Assembly: GCF_002733955.1 (NCBI RefSeq) | Contig: NZ_NVXQ01000010.1 | Coordinates: 4,163-68,162 of the forward strand | Direction: 5' to 3' | Origin: Hoeflea sp. | GTDB lineage: Bacteria; Pseudomonadota; Alphaproteobacteria; Rhizobiales; Rhizobiaceae | Length of the DNA: 64,000 bases | In this document: positions 35,248 to 45,363 of the stretch, one piece after another | How positions within the stretch are numbered: position 1 is the first letter of the stretch | Layout: each line of letters starts with the position of its first letter | The notes under the pieces: model-generated | Told to the model about the DNA's origin: nothing | The model's input: only the letters and a program-made list of their open reading frames with translations | Databases searched by the model: none | Translations under genes and position numbers: made by a program

Positions 35248-36786
35248 ATGGCTACACCAAATGAAAAGTTGGCTGACGCCCTGCAAGCCCTCAAAACATT
35301 GCAGGATGGCGGGCGTCGAATATTCAAGTCCGACGAGTTCAGCCGACTACACCGAGAGCGCCTTACACGGAGCGGATTTCTCCAAGAGGTCATCCGCGGC
35401 TGGCAAATGTCAACGGGACCCCAGCCCCAGGACGGCGACACAACCCTTTGGTACGCTTCATTCTGGGAGTTCTGTTCCCTCTACTGCAACGACCGCTTTG
35501 GACAGGAATGGCATCTGTCACCGGAACAATCGATGTTACTCCACGCAGAAGCAACGGCGATTCCGCCCCAGGTGATTGTCAACAGTCCAAAGGCAACGGG
35601 AAACAACCTATCACTGCTTTTTGGCACATCAATGTACGATCTCAAGACCAAGAAAATGCCACCGCGTGTTGATCTCGTCGAGAAAAACGGATTGAGGTTC
35701 TATACTGCGGACGCCGCCCTGGTGAAAGTTGCTGAAGCGTTTTTCCAAAGATCACCTATCGAAGCCCAGGTCGTGCTGAAATCCGTGCGCGACGTGTCGG
35801 GAGTCCTCGGTAGATTGCTCGACGGAGGGCATTCGGCCGTGGCCGGCCGTCTGGCCGGGGCATTTCGGCGCGTAGGAAAAGACGAGTTCGCCGACGATAT
35901 CTTGAAAACGATGAAAGGCGCGATGTACGACGTTAGAGAGACCGACCCGTTCGATCAAAACCAGCAAGTCTCCACCTTAGCCGTTGGTGGATCTCCCATT
36001 GTGGCCCGTCTCAATGCTATCTGGGAAAGCCAGCGTCAGGCGGTCCTTGATGTTTTTCCTGCTGCCCCCGGGCTTCCCTCGGACACCACCGAATTCATGA
36101 AATCGGTCGAGGATATATACAAGAACGACGCATACCACTCGCTTTCGATCGAAGGGTACAGCGTTACTCCGGAACTCATTGATCGCGTGCGCGCTGGTAC
36201 GTGGGATCCGGACGTGAATCAGCAGGATAGGCAAAACCGCGACGCCTTGGCAGCACGCGGTTACTGGCAGGCGTTTCAGAGCGTAAAGGAATCTGTTGCG
36301 GAGATTCTCCGCGGTGCACCGGCGGGAGCCGTTGTCCGTAAGCAACATAGGGATTGGTACCGCGAACTGTTCGGCCCCTCCGTAGCCGCAGGTATCCTGA
36401 AACCCAGCGCCCTCGCGGGCTATCGAAACCACCCTGTATATCTCCGCGGATCAAGGCATGTACCACCGCGTTCCGAAGCGGTTCCGGATGGAATGGAGAC
36501 CCTGTTCGGCCTACTGGAGAAAGAAAGCGAACCAGCGGTTAGGGCAGTCCTTGGCCACTGGTTGATAGGCTATGTTCATCCCTATCCTGACGGCAACGGA
36601 CGGATGGCGCGCTTCCTAATGAACGCCATGTTCGCCTCTGGTGGGTTTCCATGGACAGTGGTTAGGGTTGAGGATCGGTCAACTTACTTGGCTGGCCTTG
36701 AACAGGCGAGCGTCCACATGAACGTCAAACCGTTCGCGGAGTTCATCGCGGAGCGCACCTCTTGGTCGACGAGTAAGGCAGTCTAA
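35248..36786 (+). CDS. Fic-domain protein (AMPylase family) with an intramolecular inhibitory motif and a ~280-aa N-terminal domain of unknown function
   Basis: Fic core HPYPDGNGRMARFLMN (HxFx[D/E]GNGRxxR). An upstream SxxxEG motif (YHSLSIEGYS) matches the class II auto-inhibitory helix. Confidence 0.85.
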   Translation: MATPNEKLADALQALKTLQDGGRRIFKSDEFSRLHRERLTRSGFLQEVIRGWQMSTGPQPQDGDTTLWYASFWEFCSLYCNDRFGQEWHLSPEQSMLLHAEATAIPPQVIVNSPKATGNNLSLLFGTSMYDLKTKKMPPRVDLVEKNGLRFYTADAALVKVAEAFFQRSPIEAQVVLKSVRDVSGVLGRLLDGGHSAVAGRLAGAFRRVGKDEFADDILKTMKGAMYDVRETDPFDQNQQVSTLAVGGSPIVARLNAIWESQRQAVLDVFPAAPGLPSDTTEFMKSVEDIYKNDAYHSLSIEGYSVTPELIDRVRAGTWDPDVNQQDRQNRDALAARGYWQAFQSVKESVAEILRGAPAGAVVRKQHRDWYRELFGPSVAAGILKPSALAGYRNHPVYLRGSRHVPPRSEAVPDGMETLFGLLEKESEPAVRAVLGHWLIGYVHPYPDGNGRMARFLMNAMFASGGFPWTVVRVEDRSTYLAGLEQASVHMNVKPFAEFIAERTSWSTSKAV

Positions 36787-37509
36787 AATCATCGGGTTCA
36801 GGACGTGGTACACAGAAGCGGCTGAGTTGACGTATCGACTGCTGGATTTTGGTTGCATCGCCTTGATGGGATACGAACGAACAAACCACATCTCATTTTG
36901 TCAACGTATCGAGAAACCGGCCTTTACGACGCGAGCTATATTCTGGCCGCTGCGCCGAGCTTCGCGCTATCCTGCGTTGTCCGTTCCTCCTATACATTAC
37001 AGACTTTGCGCGAACGAATCAGTGCGTATTCCAATGATGCCGGACGGTGATTCCGATGCGAAGCCGGACAGTTCGCGGTGGCCTTGGGCCGGCCGGTTGT
37101 TTGACCGGAACGGGCTCTCAGGTCAAGCCACGGTTGTATCGGCGGCGTTGACAGAGCAGCGTTTTCTCATGCTCTCACCGCTGTGTTCGATGCGGTATGC
37201 GTTTCAGCGATCGGCGCGTGTCAGAAAGATCATTCTTTCGGTGTCGCTAGCTTCGAGGGATAGGACGGTCTTACTCGAATCAAGCATCCGTGCTTCCATC
37301 GCGGGGAAAGCCTGGGCAAGAGCAGGGATCGAGACACCGTCGATTTATTCGATAACATCGCGGCGTCTGAAGAGGAGTCAGACTAGGTCGGAGATTTGAT
37401 TTGGCGGGACAAATTGCAAGGGTTCGACGCGCTCGCAGCCGGGGAAAGAACGGGCGAGAAAGATTTTTTCAATTCGCTTTCCGGGTTTTTCGCCCCGCCG
37501 CGATTAATA

Positions 37510-37547
37510 GGGGTCCGAACAAGAGCAGTGCGAAATCGTACGCTAAG
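37510..37547. repeat. 38-bp Tn3-family terminal inverted repeat (outer end at 37510)
   Basis: GGGGTCCGAACAAGAGCAGTGCGAAATCGTACGCTAAG has the canonical GGGG...ACGCTAAG architecture. It lies 20 bp beyond the stop of the tnpA fragment. Confidence 0.7.
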
Positions 37548-37566
37548 GGCGAACGAAGCGGGAACG

Positions 37567-38210
37567 CTAGGCAGCCCGCCGCTGCCCAGCTGGGAGACGG
37601 AGTGACCTGAAGCCTTCCGGGAGGTGCTGCTCGCTATCCCAAGTGTAAATGCCCGTCAGATTGATGTGCTCCCAGCTCAACGGCGAGATATGCTTGAGCA
37701 GGTGATCCGGAATCTCGCGACGCATGTTGCGTAAGTGAGTAACGGCTCGTTCGATATAGACCGGGTTCCAGTGGACAATCGCACTGACGACGAGGTTCAG
37801 ACCGGAGGCGCGGAAAGCCTGGCTTTCGAACGATCGGTCGCGGATTTCACCACGCTCATGGAAGAAAATGGCGCGCTTCAGCTTATGTGCCGCCTCGCCC
37901 TTGTTGAGGCCGGCCTGGCAACGCCGGCGTAGCGCTGGACTTGAGTACCATTCAATCATGAACAGCGATCGTTCGATCCGGCCAAGTTCCCGTAGCGCCT
38001 TTGCGAGCTGGCTTTCCTTCGGTGATGCTGACAGCTTCTTCAAGATCGTGGAAGGCACTACGGATCGCGTTGTGATCGACGCCGCCAGATGAAGCAGATC
38101 ATCCCAATGGTCGAGGATCAGGGTGGCATTGATCGGCACCCCGATGTGGTTCGACAGCGCGGGATATGCGTCGCTTTTCTCGAATGTGTGGAACTTCCGA
38201 TCTTTGAGAT
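37567..38210 (-). pseudogene. tnpA: Tn3-family transposase, C-terminal ~210 aa only (5' part removed at the ISKra4 junction)
   Basis: [45 protein letters not shown]...[62 protein letters not shown] is the DDE_Tnp_Tn3 C-terminal region. The frame is open up to the IS boundary at 38210. Confidence 0.8.
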
Positions 38211-39767
38211 GAGACCGGTAATTTCTCCGGGGTCAGGCAACCTGCAGAAGGGGCGGCTTTGGCTTGAATATTGGAGGCACGTTCGGTTCCGGCTGTCGGA
38301 AGGGTGCTCGTAACCGATCGCGAAGCTCGCCATTCACTTCGGCCGTCCGGACCTGCATGAGCATGTGCGCTCCATGGCGGGACCAGCGCATTTGCTGCTT
38401 CTTGACCATCCGCTTGCTGACGAGCGAATTCACTGCCGACTCGGCGAGGGTGGTGGCAACGCGAAGTCCGGATCGGTAGCGCTTCCCATAGTTGATCATC
38501 CCACTGCGGTTCGAGCGCATATAGGTCAGGAGCTGCGCGCCGAGGCTGTGCAGCCGCACGGTCGAGAACCCGTTCTCCTGCTGTGTCTCCTTCAGCCTCG
38601 CCAGAAGCTGCTCCATGCCGCGGATCGCATAATCGACACGTCCATGCCACAGACGCCACTTCACGGCTCTGATTTCCGTGTCGATGGTTGATAGAGCTCC
38701 CTCGGGCTGGGATCGCGCGATATGATCGGCGATCTGCTGCATGGGCTGGATCTTCATGGCAATGTGGAACCAGTCGATGATGTGGTTCGTCGGTTTCGGC
38801 ATGGCGTGGGGCAGCCGCTTCAGAATTTCGGCGCCGTCCGAGATCACCGTCACATCGCCGAAGCCGCGATATCCGACTTCCTCAAGAGCGTGAAGAGTAC
38901 GATCTCGGATTGCATGCTGCTCGGTGCTGCCGGAGACGAAGTAGCGGCCACCTGGTTCGCCCCGTCCTCCGCAGCCGCATCGGGCAACGACAAGCTCGAA
39001 GTTTCGCGCTGCATTGGGCTCGGCGCTGCGCACATGAGCGGTATCGATGCTGATAACGAACTCTTTGCGCCGATCGCCGGGAAGCTGCATCTCAATCTGG
39101 CGACGGTCATCGGCTTGAGCCCTCGTCCGCCATGTTTCCCGCACGATCTGATCGTTGAGCCGCTCGCCGATCCTGATGGTGCGCTTGCGTACGGTCGCAT
39201 GTGTCTCGGTAGGTTCAACGGGCAGGAAATCAGCCAGCACCTTCGCCGCCTGCCTGTACGGCATCATGCTCCCCAGCCGCGCTGTCACTTCCATCAGCTC
39301 GGGCGTCGCTCGATCCGGGCAGATTTACTTCAGCGGCGCGAAGGCACACTCCATGCCAGGGCAGCAATCCCGGCACAGCATCCAGCGGGGGTTGCGAACC
39401 TCAACGGTGCCGAAGACGGTTCGGATCCGGCGCGCTGTGTAGTCCTTGACCGGCCGGAACGTATGGCAGTCCGGGCAGACCCGACGAAAGAGAGAATAGG
39501 TCTCTGCCTCATGGTTCACGACCGCGCTCTGCAGCGCCGACATGATCTTCTTGCCATCGTCGATGGACAATCCAATGTCGCCGTCAAACAAACGTTCCCA
39601 ACTCTTATCGATGCGGACCTCCTTTCGGCACGTGTCGCCAAATTCGTTCCTACCCTCAATCATGATTGTCCATTCCACTGCCATCGCTTTGTCCCCGATC
39701 AAAACGATGGTGATGGACGGATCGAGCCTAACATCCCGTGTCCGACCCCAGAGAAATTACCGGTCTC
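38211..39767 (-). mobile_element. ISKra4-like insertion sequence (~1557 bp) bounded by ~25-bp inverted repeats
   Basis: IRs GAGACCGGTAATTTCTCCGGGGTCAGG (38211->) and the reverse complement of CCGACCCCAGAGAAATTACCGGTCTC (39742-39767). A single transposase frame fills the element. Confidence 0.7.
38233..39702 (-). pseudogene. ISKra4-family transposase interrupted by one in-frame TAA
   Basis: The 125-aa N-terminal ORF (zinc-ribbon-like CPDCHTF...CRDCCPG) and the 353-aa C-terminal ORF share one frame. They are separated by a TAA at 39324-39322 (...CAFAPLK*ICPDRATPELMEVTARLG...). Confidence 0.65.
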
Positions 39768-39976
39768 CCTTCAACCGCGCCAAGTCGCGCGAAATGGAAG
39801 CCGGCGCCATCGCCTTCGCAAAGGACAATGGCGTTACCGTCATCGAACTTGACCAGGACACCAAGGCAGCCTTCCGCGATATCATGCAGCCGGCGGCGAT
39901 CAGTTGGCTCAAGGACAATGTCGATACGCCTGCCCTGATCGACGAGGCTGTTGCCGCGGCAAAGGCGGCTGAATAA
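39768..39976 (+). pseudogene. dctP: TRAP transporter substrate-binding protein, 3' fragment only
   Basis: Plus-strand translation FNRAKSREMEAGAIAFAKDNGVTVIELDQDTKAAFRDIMQPAAISWLKDNVDTPALIDEAVAAAKAAE* is a DctP C-terminus. It starts directly at the IS end and is followed 2 nt later by dctQ. Confidence 0.7.
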
Positions 39977-39978
39977 CA

Positions 39979-40464
39979 ATGATCCGGATGGCGCGCATAA
40001 TCATCGACTTTGTCGACAAGGGCTTGCGCGCCATCTGCGCGCTGTGCCTGCTGATCCTCACCACCCTCGTGGTCTTTCAGGTCATCAGCCGCTACGGCTG
40101 GGGTAGCGTGCCTCTCTTCACCGAAGAAACCGCACGCTATGCGATGATCTGGATGGCCCTGCTGGCGGCCGCAATCGGGGTGCGTGACGCCGCCCATATC
40201 CGGATCGATTTCGTGCCCTCCATTCTGGGAACTGTGGCGCCAGCAGCACTACGGGCCTTGAATGTGGCGCTCGATGTCATTTCGCTTGCGGTGTTCCTGA
40301 CCCTGCTGTGGTTCGGCATCGATTCCATGATCTTTGCGGCCGGCCAGACCAGCGACGGAATGCAGATCCCGCTTTCCTATCCCTACAGCGTCCTGCCGAT
40401 CTCCTTCTTCTTTGCATCAGTGTTCGCAATTCTGCGGATCGTCGCCCTGGACGCCCGCACATGA
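39979..40464 (+). CDS. dctQ: TRAP transporter small permease
   Basis: 161 aa, 4 TM helices, in the DctQ position. Stop overlaps the dctM start (ATGA). Confidence 0.8.
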   Translation: MIRMARIIIDFVDKGLRAICALCLLILTTLVVFQVISRYGWGSVPLFTEETARYAMIWMALLAAAIGVRDAAHIRIDFVPSILGTVAPAALRALNVALDVISLAVFLTLLWFGIDSMIFAAGQTSDGMQIPLSYPYSVLPISFFFASVFAILRIVALDART

Positions 40465-41753
40465 CCCCTTCCCTCACCGCCCTTATATTGAGTTTTCTCG
40501 GTCTGATCCTGATCGGCCTTCCGATTGCGTGGGCCATGATTGCATCCGTGCTGGTCTGGGTAACGGCGACCGGCAACTGGTATTTCCTGCCCGTCGCTTC
40601 CGAACGGATCTACCAGGGCATGGACAGTTTCGTCCTGATGGCGGTGCCGTTGTTCATCCTCGCAGGCGAGATGGTCAATGCCGGAAAGATAACCGACAGG
40701 CTGCTCAATTTTGCCAACGCAATCTTTGGCTGGATGCGCGGCGGACTTGCCCAGGTCAATGTCGGCGCGTCGATCCTGTTTTCTGGCATCACCGGCGTGG
40801 CACTGGGCGATATTGCCTCACTTGGGCGGATCTTCATCCCCTCGATGATTAGCCAGGGCTATACGCCAGCCTATGCCGCGGCCGTAACCGCTTCCTCCTC
40901 GATCATCGGCCCGATGGTGCCACCTTCGCTGATTGCAGTGATCTACGGTTCTATGTCGGACGTCTCGATCGGTGCTTTGATGGCGGCCACGCTGATTCCG
41001 GGCCTTCTTATCGGCGTTGCCCAGATGGGGCTGGTCGCGGTACAGGCGCGGATCTACAATTTTCCACGCGTGGAGATGGATCGTTCGCCGCGCGCCGTCG
41101 GCCACGCGACCGGCCATGCCATCGTTCCCCTGATGATCCCGGTGATCATTCTCACGGGCATGCTCGGCGGCATCATGACACCGACGGAGGCCGGAGGTAT
41201 TGCTGCGGCATATGCGCTAATCGTATCGGTCGTTCTTTACCGCTCCATCAGCATTTCTGCGCTTGCCGATGTCTTCAGCCGCTCGGCGCTGTTTTCCGGT
41301 CAGTTGCTGATCATCATCGGGTGCGGAGCGGCATTTTCCTGGGCAATGGGGATGGAAAATGTGCCCCGGCTGGTTGGCGCTACCGTCGAGAACTGGGGTC
41401 TGGGTTATTTCGGCACCATGCTGGTCTTCAACCTGATTCTGCTGGTGCTCGGCATGGTCATCGATCCGACCACCGTCATCATTCTGTTCGGCCCCCTGCT
41501 TTCATCCGCCGCCGCCCATGCGGGCATTGACCCGCTGCATTTCGGTGCGGTCGCGATCCTCAACCTGAATGTCGGCCTGCTGACGCCACCGCTCGGCGTC
41601 TGCCTGTTCGCGGCAGAGAAAATCGCCGATTGCGGCCTTTGGCCTTTGCTGCGTTCAACCGCGCCGTTCCTTCTGGTGACGCTGTGCATGCTGGTGCTGG
41701 TGACGGCGTTCCCCGAGATAAGCCTCTGGCTTCCACGCGCCCTTGGCTTCTAA
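40461..41753 (+). CDS. dctM: TRAP transporter large permease
   Basis: The internal ATG at 40461 gives MTPSLTALILSFLGLILIGLPIAWAM...FVLMAVPLFILAGEMVN, typical of DctM. Confidence 0.9.
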   Translation: MTPSLTALILSFLGLILIGLPIAWAMIASVLVWVTATGNWYFLPVASERIYQGMDSFVLMAVPLFILAGEMVNAGKITDRLLNFANAIFGWMRGGLAQVNVGASILFSGITGVALGDIASLGRIFIPSMISQGYTPAYAAAVTASSSIIGPMVPPSLIAVIYGSMSDVSIGALMAATLIPGLLIGVAQMGLVAVQARIYNFPRVEMDRSPRAVGHATGHAIVPLMIPVIILTGMLGGIMTPTEAGGIAAAYALIVSVVLYRSISISALADVFSRSALFSGQLLIIIGCGAAFSWAMGMENVPRLVGATVENWGLGYFGTMLVFNLILLVLGMVIDPTTVIILFGPLLSSAAAHAGIDPLHFGAVAILNLNVGLLTPPLGVCLFAAEKIADCGLWPLLRSTAPFLLVTLCMLVLVTAFPEISLWLPRALGF

Positions 41754-41780
41754 GACAATCACAAGGCTACACGAACAACC

Positions 41781-42926
41781 ATGACCTACGAGACACAAGA
41801 CGGTTCCGGCTACTTTCTCTACCATTCGATCGGCATGTATCCTGACAAGGAAGCCGAGACGGAGGCTGCATTTTCGCAGTTCTCCAGAAGCTGGAGCAGG
41901 CTGGATGACGGTCAGTGGATGCGGGCGCTTGCGGCGCGACAGGAGTTCCTGACCCTCTGGAGCAATCTGATCGGGGCCCCCGGGGGCACTCTGACTTCAG
42001 CCGAAAACGTGACCACTGCTCTTTACAGCCTGATCGGTGCGCTACCGGAGCATCATCTCCGGAATCGGACGCTGCTGATTGCGGGCGACTGCTTTCCGAG
42101 CCTGCACTTCCTGCTTTCGGGCATTGCCAAACGGTTCGGATTCGAGCTGAGAACAGTGCCGCTGCGAAGCGGCGAAAGCTGGGTGCGCGACGAAGACATC
42201 ATTGCAGCCTGGGATGAGAGCGTCGGGCTGGCGCTGCTGACCTTCGTCACATCGACCGCCTCGCACCGCTGTGACCTCGACGCCTTGGTTGGCCATGGAC
42301 GAAAGATGGGCAGCCTGATCGGTGTCGACATTACCCAGGGTGTGGGGCTCATCCCCTTCAACGTAAACAAGCCGCGTGTTGACTTCACGCTGTCCACGAG
42401 CCTCAAATGGCTGTGCGGAACTCCCGGAGCCGGGATCATCCATGTCGCAGAGCCGCTGCTGAAGACCTGCGAACCCGAGCTTCGGGGCTGGTTCAGCCAG
42501 GACAATATCTTTTCGTGGGATCTTGATGCCTTTGCCTACGCTGGAGACGCGCGCCGTTTTGATCACGGCACACCCTCGGTACTGGCCTGTGCCGGTTCAG
42601 TACCCGCACTGAAATGGCACGCCGAACAGGACCAGGCAGCATTGCTTGCACACAACCGCGAGCTTGGACAGCGCATCATCGATACCGCGCCCTCGCTGGG
42701 CATGACACTGGCAAGCCCGCACGAGGCCGAGCGTCGTGGCGGCAGCATCATGCTGAGACTGCCGGACGGGGTCGATCCTGCATCGTCTGTCGACCGCCTG
42801 CGTGAGCAGGCGATCTATGCCGATTGCCGCGGCCGGATCATGCGCCTTTCACCCGGAACAGTAACGACCGTCGAAGGCGTCGACAGGCTGCTGGCCGGAT
42901 TGGCAGGGAATGTGAAGGCGGCATGA
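41781..42926 (+). CDS. Class-V aminotransferase-fold PLP enzyme (kynureninase-like)
   Basis: 381 aa. STSLKWLCGTPGAG resembles the PLP-lysine block of kynureninase/class V enzymes. The family call is by recollection. Confidence 0.55.
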   Translation: MTYETQDGSGYFLYHSIGMYPDKEAETEAAFSQFSRSWSRLDDGQWMRALAARQEFLTLWSNLIGAPGGTLTSAENVTTALYSLIGALPEHHLRNRTLLIAGDCFPSLHFLLSGIAKRFGFELRTVPLRSGESWVRDEDIIAAWDESVGLALLTFVTSTASHRCDLDALVGHGRKMGSLIGVDITQGVGLIPFNVNKPRVDFTLSTSLKWLCGTPGAGIIHVAEPLLKTCEPELRGWFSQDNIFSWDLDAFAYAGDARRFDHGTPSVLACAGSVPALKWHAEQDQAALLAHNRELGQRIIDTAPSLGMTLASPHEAERRGGSIMLRLPDGVDPASSVDRLREQAIYADCRGRIMRLSPGTVTTVEGVDRLLAGLAGNVKAA

Positions 42927-43372
42927 TAAATCCATCCTCGCAATACGCTCACAGCGTGACCGGTCTGTTCGACGTGCCGGCCGAAGCGGCGTTCGCCTTC
43001 ATGGCGGACCCGATCGCTCTGGGCCAATGGTCGCTTGGCTGCATGAATACCCAGCCGACGAAAACAGCACCGATCCACTCCGGTCATTCGCTATTTGACG
43101 GGGCACAGGGCTTCTTCGAGATCGACACGGATCCTGACCGGCTGATTGTCGATTACCGTTTGGGAGCAACCGAACGCCTCGTCCCCAGAGTGTCTGCCAG
43201 GGTCGTGCCCGCCGATATCTGCGGATTGGGCAAAGAGCAGTGTTACGTTACACTGATGGCATGGCGCACAACCGATATGGACGATGTTCGCTGGCATCGG
43301 CTGTGTGTTACCCATGAGGCGGAAATCTATCTGATCAAATCACAGTGCGAAGCGGCATATGGCCAAGTGTGA
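42923..43372 (+). CDS. Small SRPBCC-like protein (function unknown)
   Basis: The internal ATG at 42923 overlaps the upstream stop (ATGA). 149 aa with weak resemblance to polyketide-cyclase/SRPBCC proteins. Confidence 0.35.
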   Translation: MINPSSQYAHSVTGLFDVPAEAAFAFMADPIALGQWSLGCMNTQPTKTAPIHSGHSLFDGAQGFFEIDTDPDRLIVDYRLGATERLVPRVSARVVPADICGLGKEQCYVTLMAWRTTDMDDVRWHRLCVTHEAEIYLIKSQCEAAYGQV

Positions 43373-43374
43373 TT

Positions 43375-43645
43375 TCATGCACACAGTTCTGGAACTGAAG
43401 CGGCAGAGATTGGCAATCTGGCCATGGGTAGAGACGAACCGCTGGTATCACCATGCCGATTTAAAGCGCCTCATACGTCGTTCTAGTCCTCGTAAGGGAA
43501 GGCACGAATTTTCAGCGCGGTTGTGTTGAGCCCTTTAGGCAAACGATTCCCGACATTCGCATCAGTTCGACCTTGGCAGCAAGCCGGAGCACAGCTTGTC
43601 GGTGACCATCACCCGGGTAGTGTCACCCTGACCCGTGAGCGGGCT
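43375..43645 (-). pseudogene. IS6-family transposase C-terminal remnant with stops and frameshifts
   Basis: Reverse translation gives VMVTDKLCSG...KGLNNRAENSCLPLRGLERRMRRFKSAW*YQRFVSTHGQIANLCRF, matching the IS6 block VTDKL...NNRAENSHQPxRRRERxMxRFKS...AQRFLSxH. Confidence 0.5.
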
Positions 43646-43717
43646 GGACTATCTCTGATAGCCATCAAATACCAACTCCTTCACGACAATGTGGTTAAGG
43701 CGACGCTACCAGCTCAA

Positions 43718-44413
43718 CTATTCCGCCAACTCATCATCCTCTGACTGGGACAATAGCGATTCCGTTTGTACTGTATGACGACCGAGCAAGCCTGCATCCT
43801 CAAGCGCTTCCAGGTCGGGCAGATCGCGTAGCGTTTGCATACCAAACGCAGACAGAAAGTGCTTCGTCGTCACATAGCTGTAGGGCGCGCCGGGCGTCGG
43901 GCTGCGGGGACCTGATCCGATGAAGCCGGCGCTACGCAGCGACCCGATCGTGTCGCGGCTGACCTCCCTGCCAAGGATCTTTGAAACGTCACTGCGGGTG
44001 ATCGGCTGGGAACAGGCAATCGCCATAAGCACCATTGCCTCGAACTCGGAAAGAGCCGCCGCCGCTCCCCGTGTCGAGGCTTGCGATGCCCGGATTGCAT
44101 CTGCATAGGCCGGGCGGCTCCGGTGCTGCCAGCCGCCGGCGACCGAGACCAGCTCGTAAGGTCGGGAGCGGAGCTCCTCATGCAGATCATCAATGAGCAG
44201 ATCAATGCTGCACTCCCTGCCGACGACGCGCGCGAGAACATCCCGCGTCACCGGTTCGGCCGATGCAAAGATAATGGCCTCGACACGCAGCATCCATTCC
44301 CGCCAGCGCGCTTCCGGCGGCAGATCGCCCAGTTCCCGGTCGATGAGAACATCATCTGTGTCGCCAGCCTTCTTTCGCGACGGCCTTGCTGCGGTCGATC
44401 CGGTCATCGTCAT
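43718..44413 (-). CDS. scpB: SMC-Scp complex subunit ScpB-like protein
   Basis: [24 protein letters not shown]...[21 protein letters not shown]...[45 protein letters not shown] shows the two winged-helix ScpB repeats. Confidence 0.8.
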   Translation of the reverse strand: MTMTGSTAARPSRKKAGDTDDVLIDRELGDLPPEARWREWMLRVEAIIFASAEPVTRDVLARVVGRECSIDLLIDDLHEELRSRPYELVSVAGGWQHRSRPAYADAIRASQASTRGAAAALSEFEAMVLMAIACSQPITRSDVSKILGREVSRDTIGSLRSAGFIGSGPRSPTPGAPYSYVTTKHFLSAFGMQTLRDLPDLEALEDAGLLGRHTVQTESLLSQSEDDELAE

Positions 44414-45363
44414 AATCCATATATCCGGAACGAGGACCGGCCGGAGAGTTCGCGCACGGCGTCAAAGCTCTCCAACCGGTCGAACAACCGGCTGCTGGCC
44501 CAGCGCGAGAGTTTGCTGCCGGGCGCCGATGCGGCAACCGCATCTTCATCGAGCAATGTCTGAAGCACAGGTCCGGCACCCTTGGTCCGCAATTTTGGTG
44601 CTACGGCCAGAAGCCGGTCAGCCCGGCGGCTGATCTCCCCCGCCGATCGCAATGCTGAGCTCGCACCATCGATCAAGGCCAAACATATCGCCCCCGCGAA
44701 TGCGGGTTCGCCCGGACGGACCCGTCCTCTCCCCCCGAGCGTCCGGAAGGCCGGGCCATACCGTTCAGCCATGAACAGCGGCACCGGAAAGGGCCATTTC
44801 AGCCTGGCAGCGATGAGCATGTCGGCAAGCGCCCAGGCGAGTGGTTCCGCATCCGGACGGGCGGCACAGACAGAAGCCACCAGCTCTGCCGCGGCAAAAG
44901 GCGGCGTCCGGCCGGACTGAAGCGCATCGTCGGTCGCAATCGTGGCTGCTGCAATCAGCTCCTCCCCGACGAGCCCAAACAAATCTGCAAGCTCAGCCAG
45001 GTGCCTTGAGGAAAACCCGGGTTTTCGACCGGCCATCCGTTTGAAGCCCAGAAACAGCCTTCCGGCCGGGCCCGGATCATCACCGGCTGCCGTCAGCAAG
45101 ACCGCGTCACGCAATGCCTGTTCGTCCTCGCCACCCCGCATGAGCTGAACCGCCACTGACGCGCATCTGAGCGCCTGCCTGGATCGCCAGCAACCTACCC
45201 AGACGGGGTCCAGCTGAACCAGATCATCAAGTGATTTCAGCGCGATACCGGCTGCAAAGGCGGCATCCGCCACGGACGGATCACGGCCACGCGCTTGCAT
45301 CCAGCCAGGCAGGCTGAACAACCGGACCGCCAAATCCGAGGGGGGTAGGGGCAACGAATCCAT
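44410..45363 (-). CDS. DUF1403-family protein, translationally coupled to scpB
   Basis: 317 aa. The N-terminal PGWMQARG...[14 protein letters not shown] pattern recalls the DUF1403 proteins that precede ScpB on alphaproteobacterial plasmids and ICEs (recollection). 4-nt overlap with scpB. Confidence 0.5.
   Translation of the reverse strand: MDSLPLPPSDLAVRLFSLPGWMQARGRDPSVADAAFAAGIALKSLDDLVQLDPVWVGCWRSRQALRCASVAVQLMRGGEDEQALRDAVLLTAAGDDPGPAGRLFLGFKRMAGRKPGFSSRHLAELADLFGLVGEELIAAATIATDDALQSGRTPPFAAAELVASVCAARPDAEPLAWALADMLIAARLKWPFPVPLFMAERYGPAFRTLGGRGRVRPGEPAFAGAICLALIDGASSALRSAGEISRRADRLLAVAPKLRTKGAGPVLQTLLDEDAVAASAPGSKLSRWASSRLFDRLESFDAVRELSGRSSFRIYGL

Noticed and set aside
36827-37399. 190-aa plus-strand ORF between the Fic gene and the Tn3 IR
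   Set aside because: It has Ser/Arg-rich, non-protein-like sequence and spans apparent transposon-end repeats. It is more likely non-coding debris.
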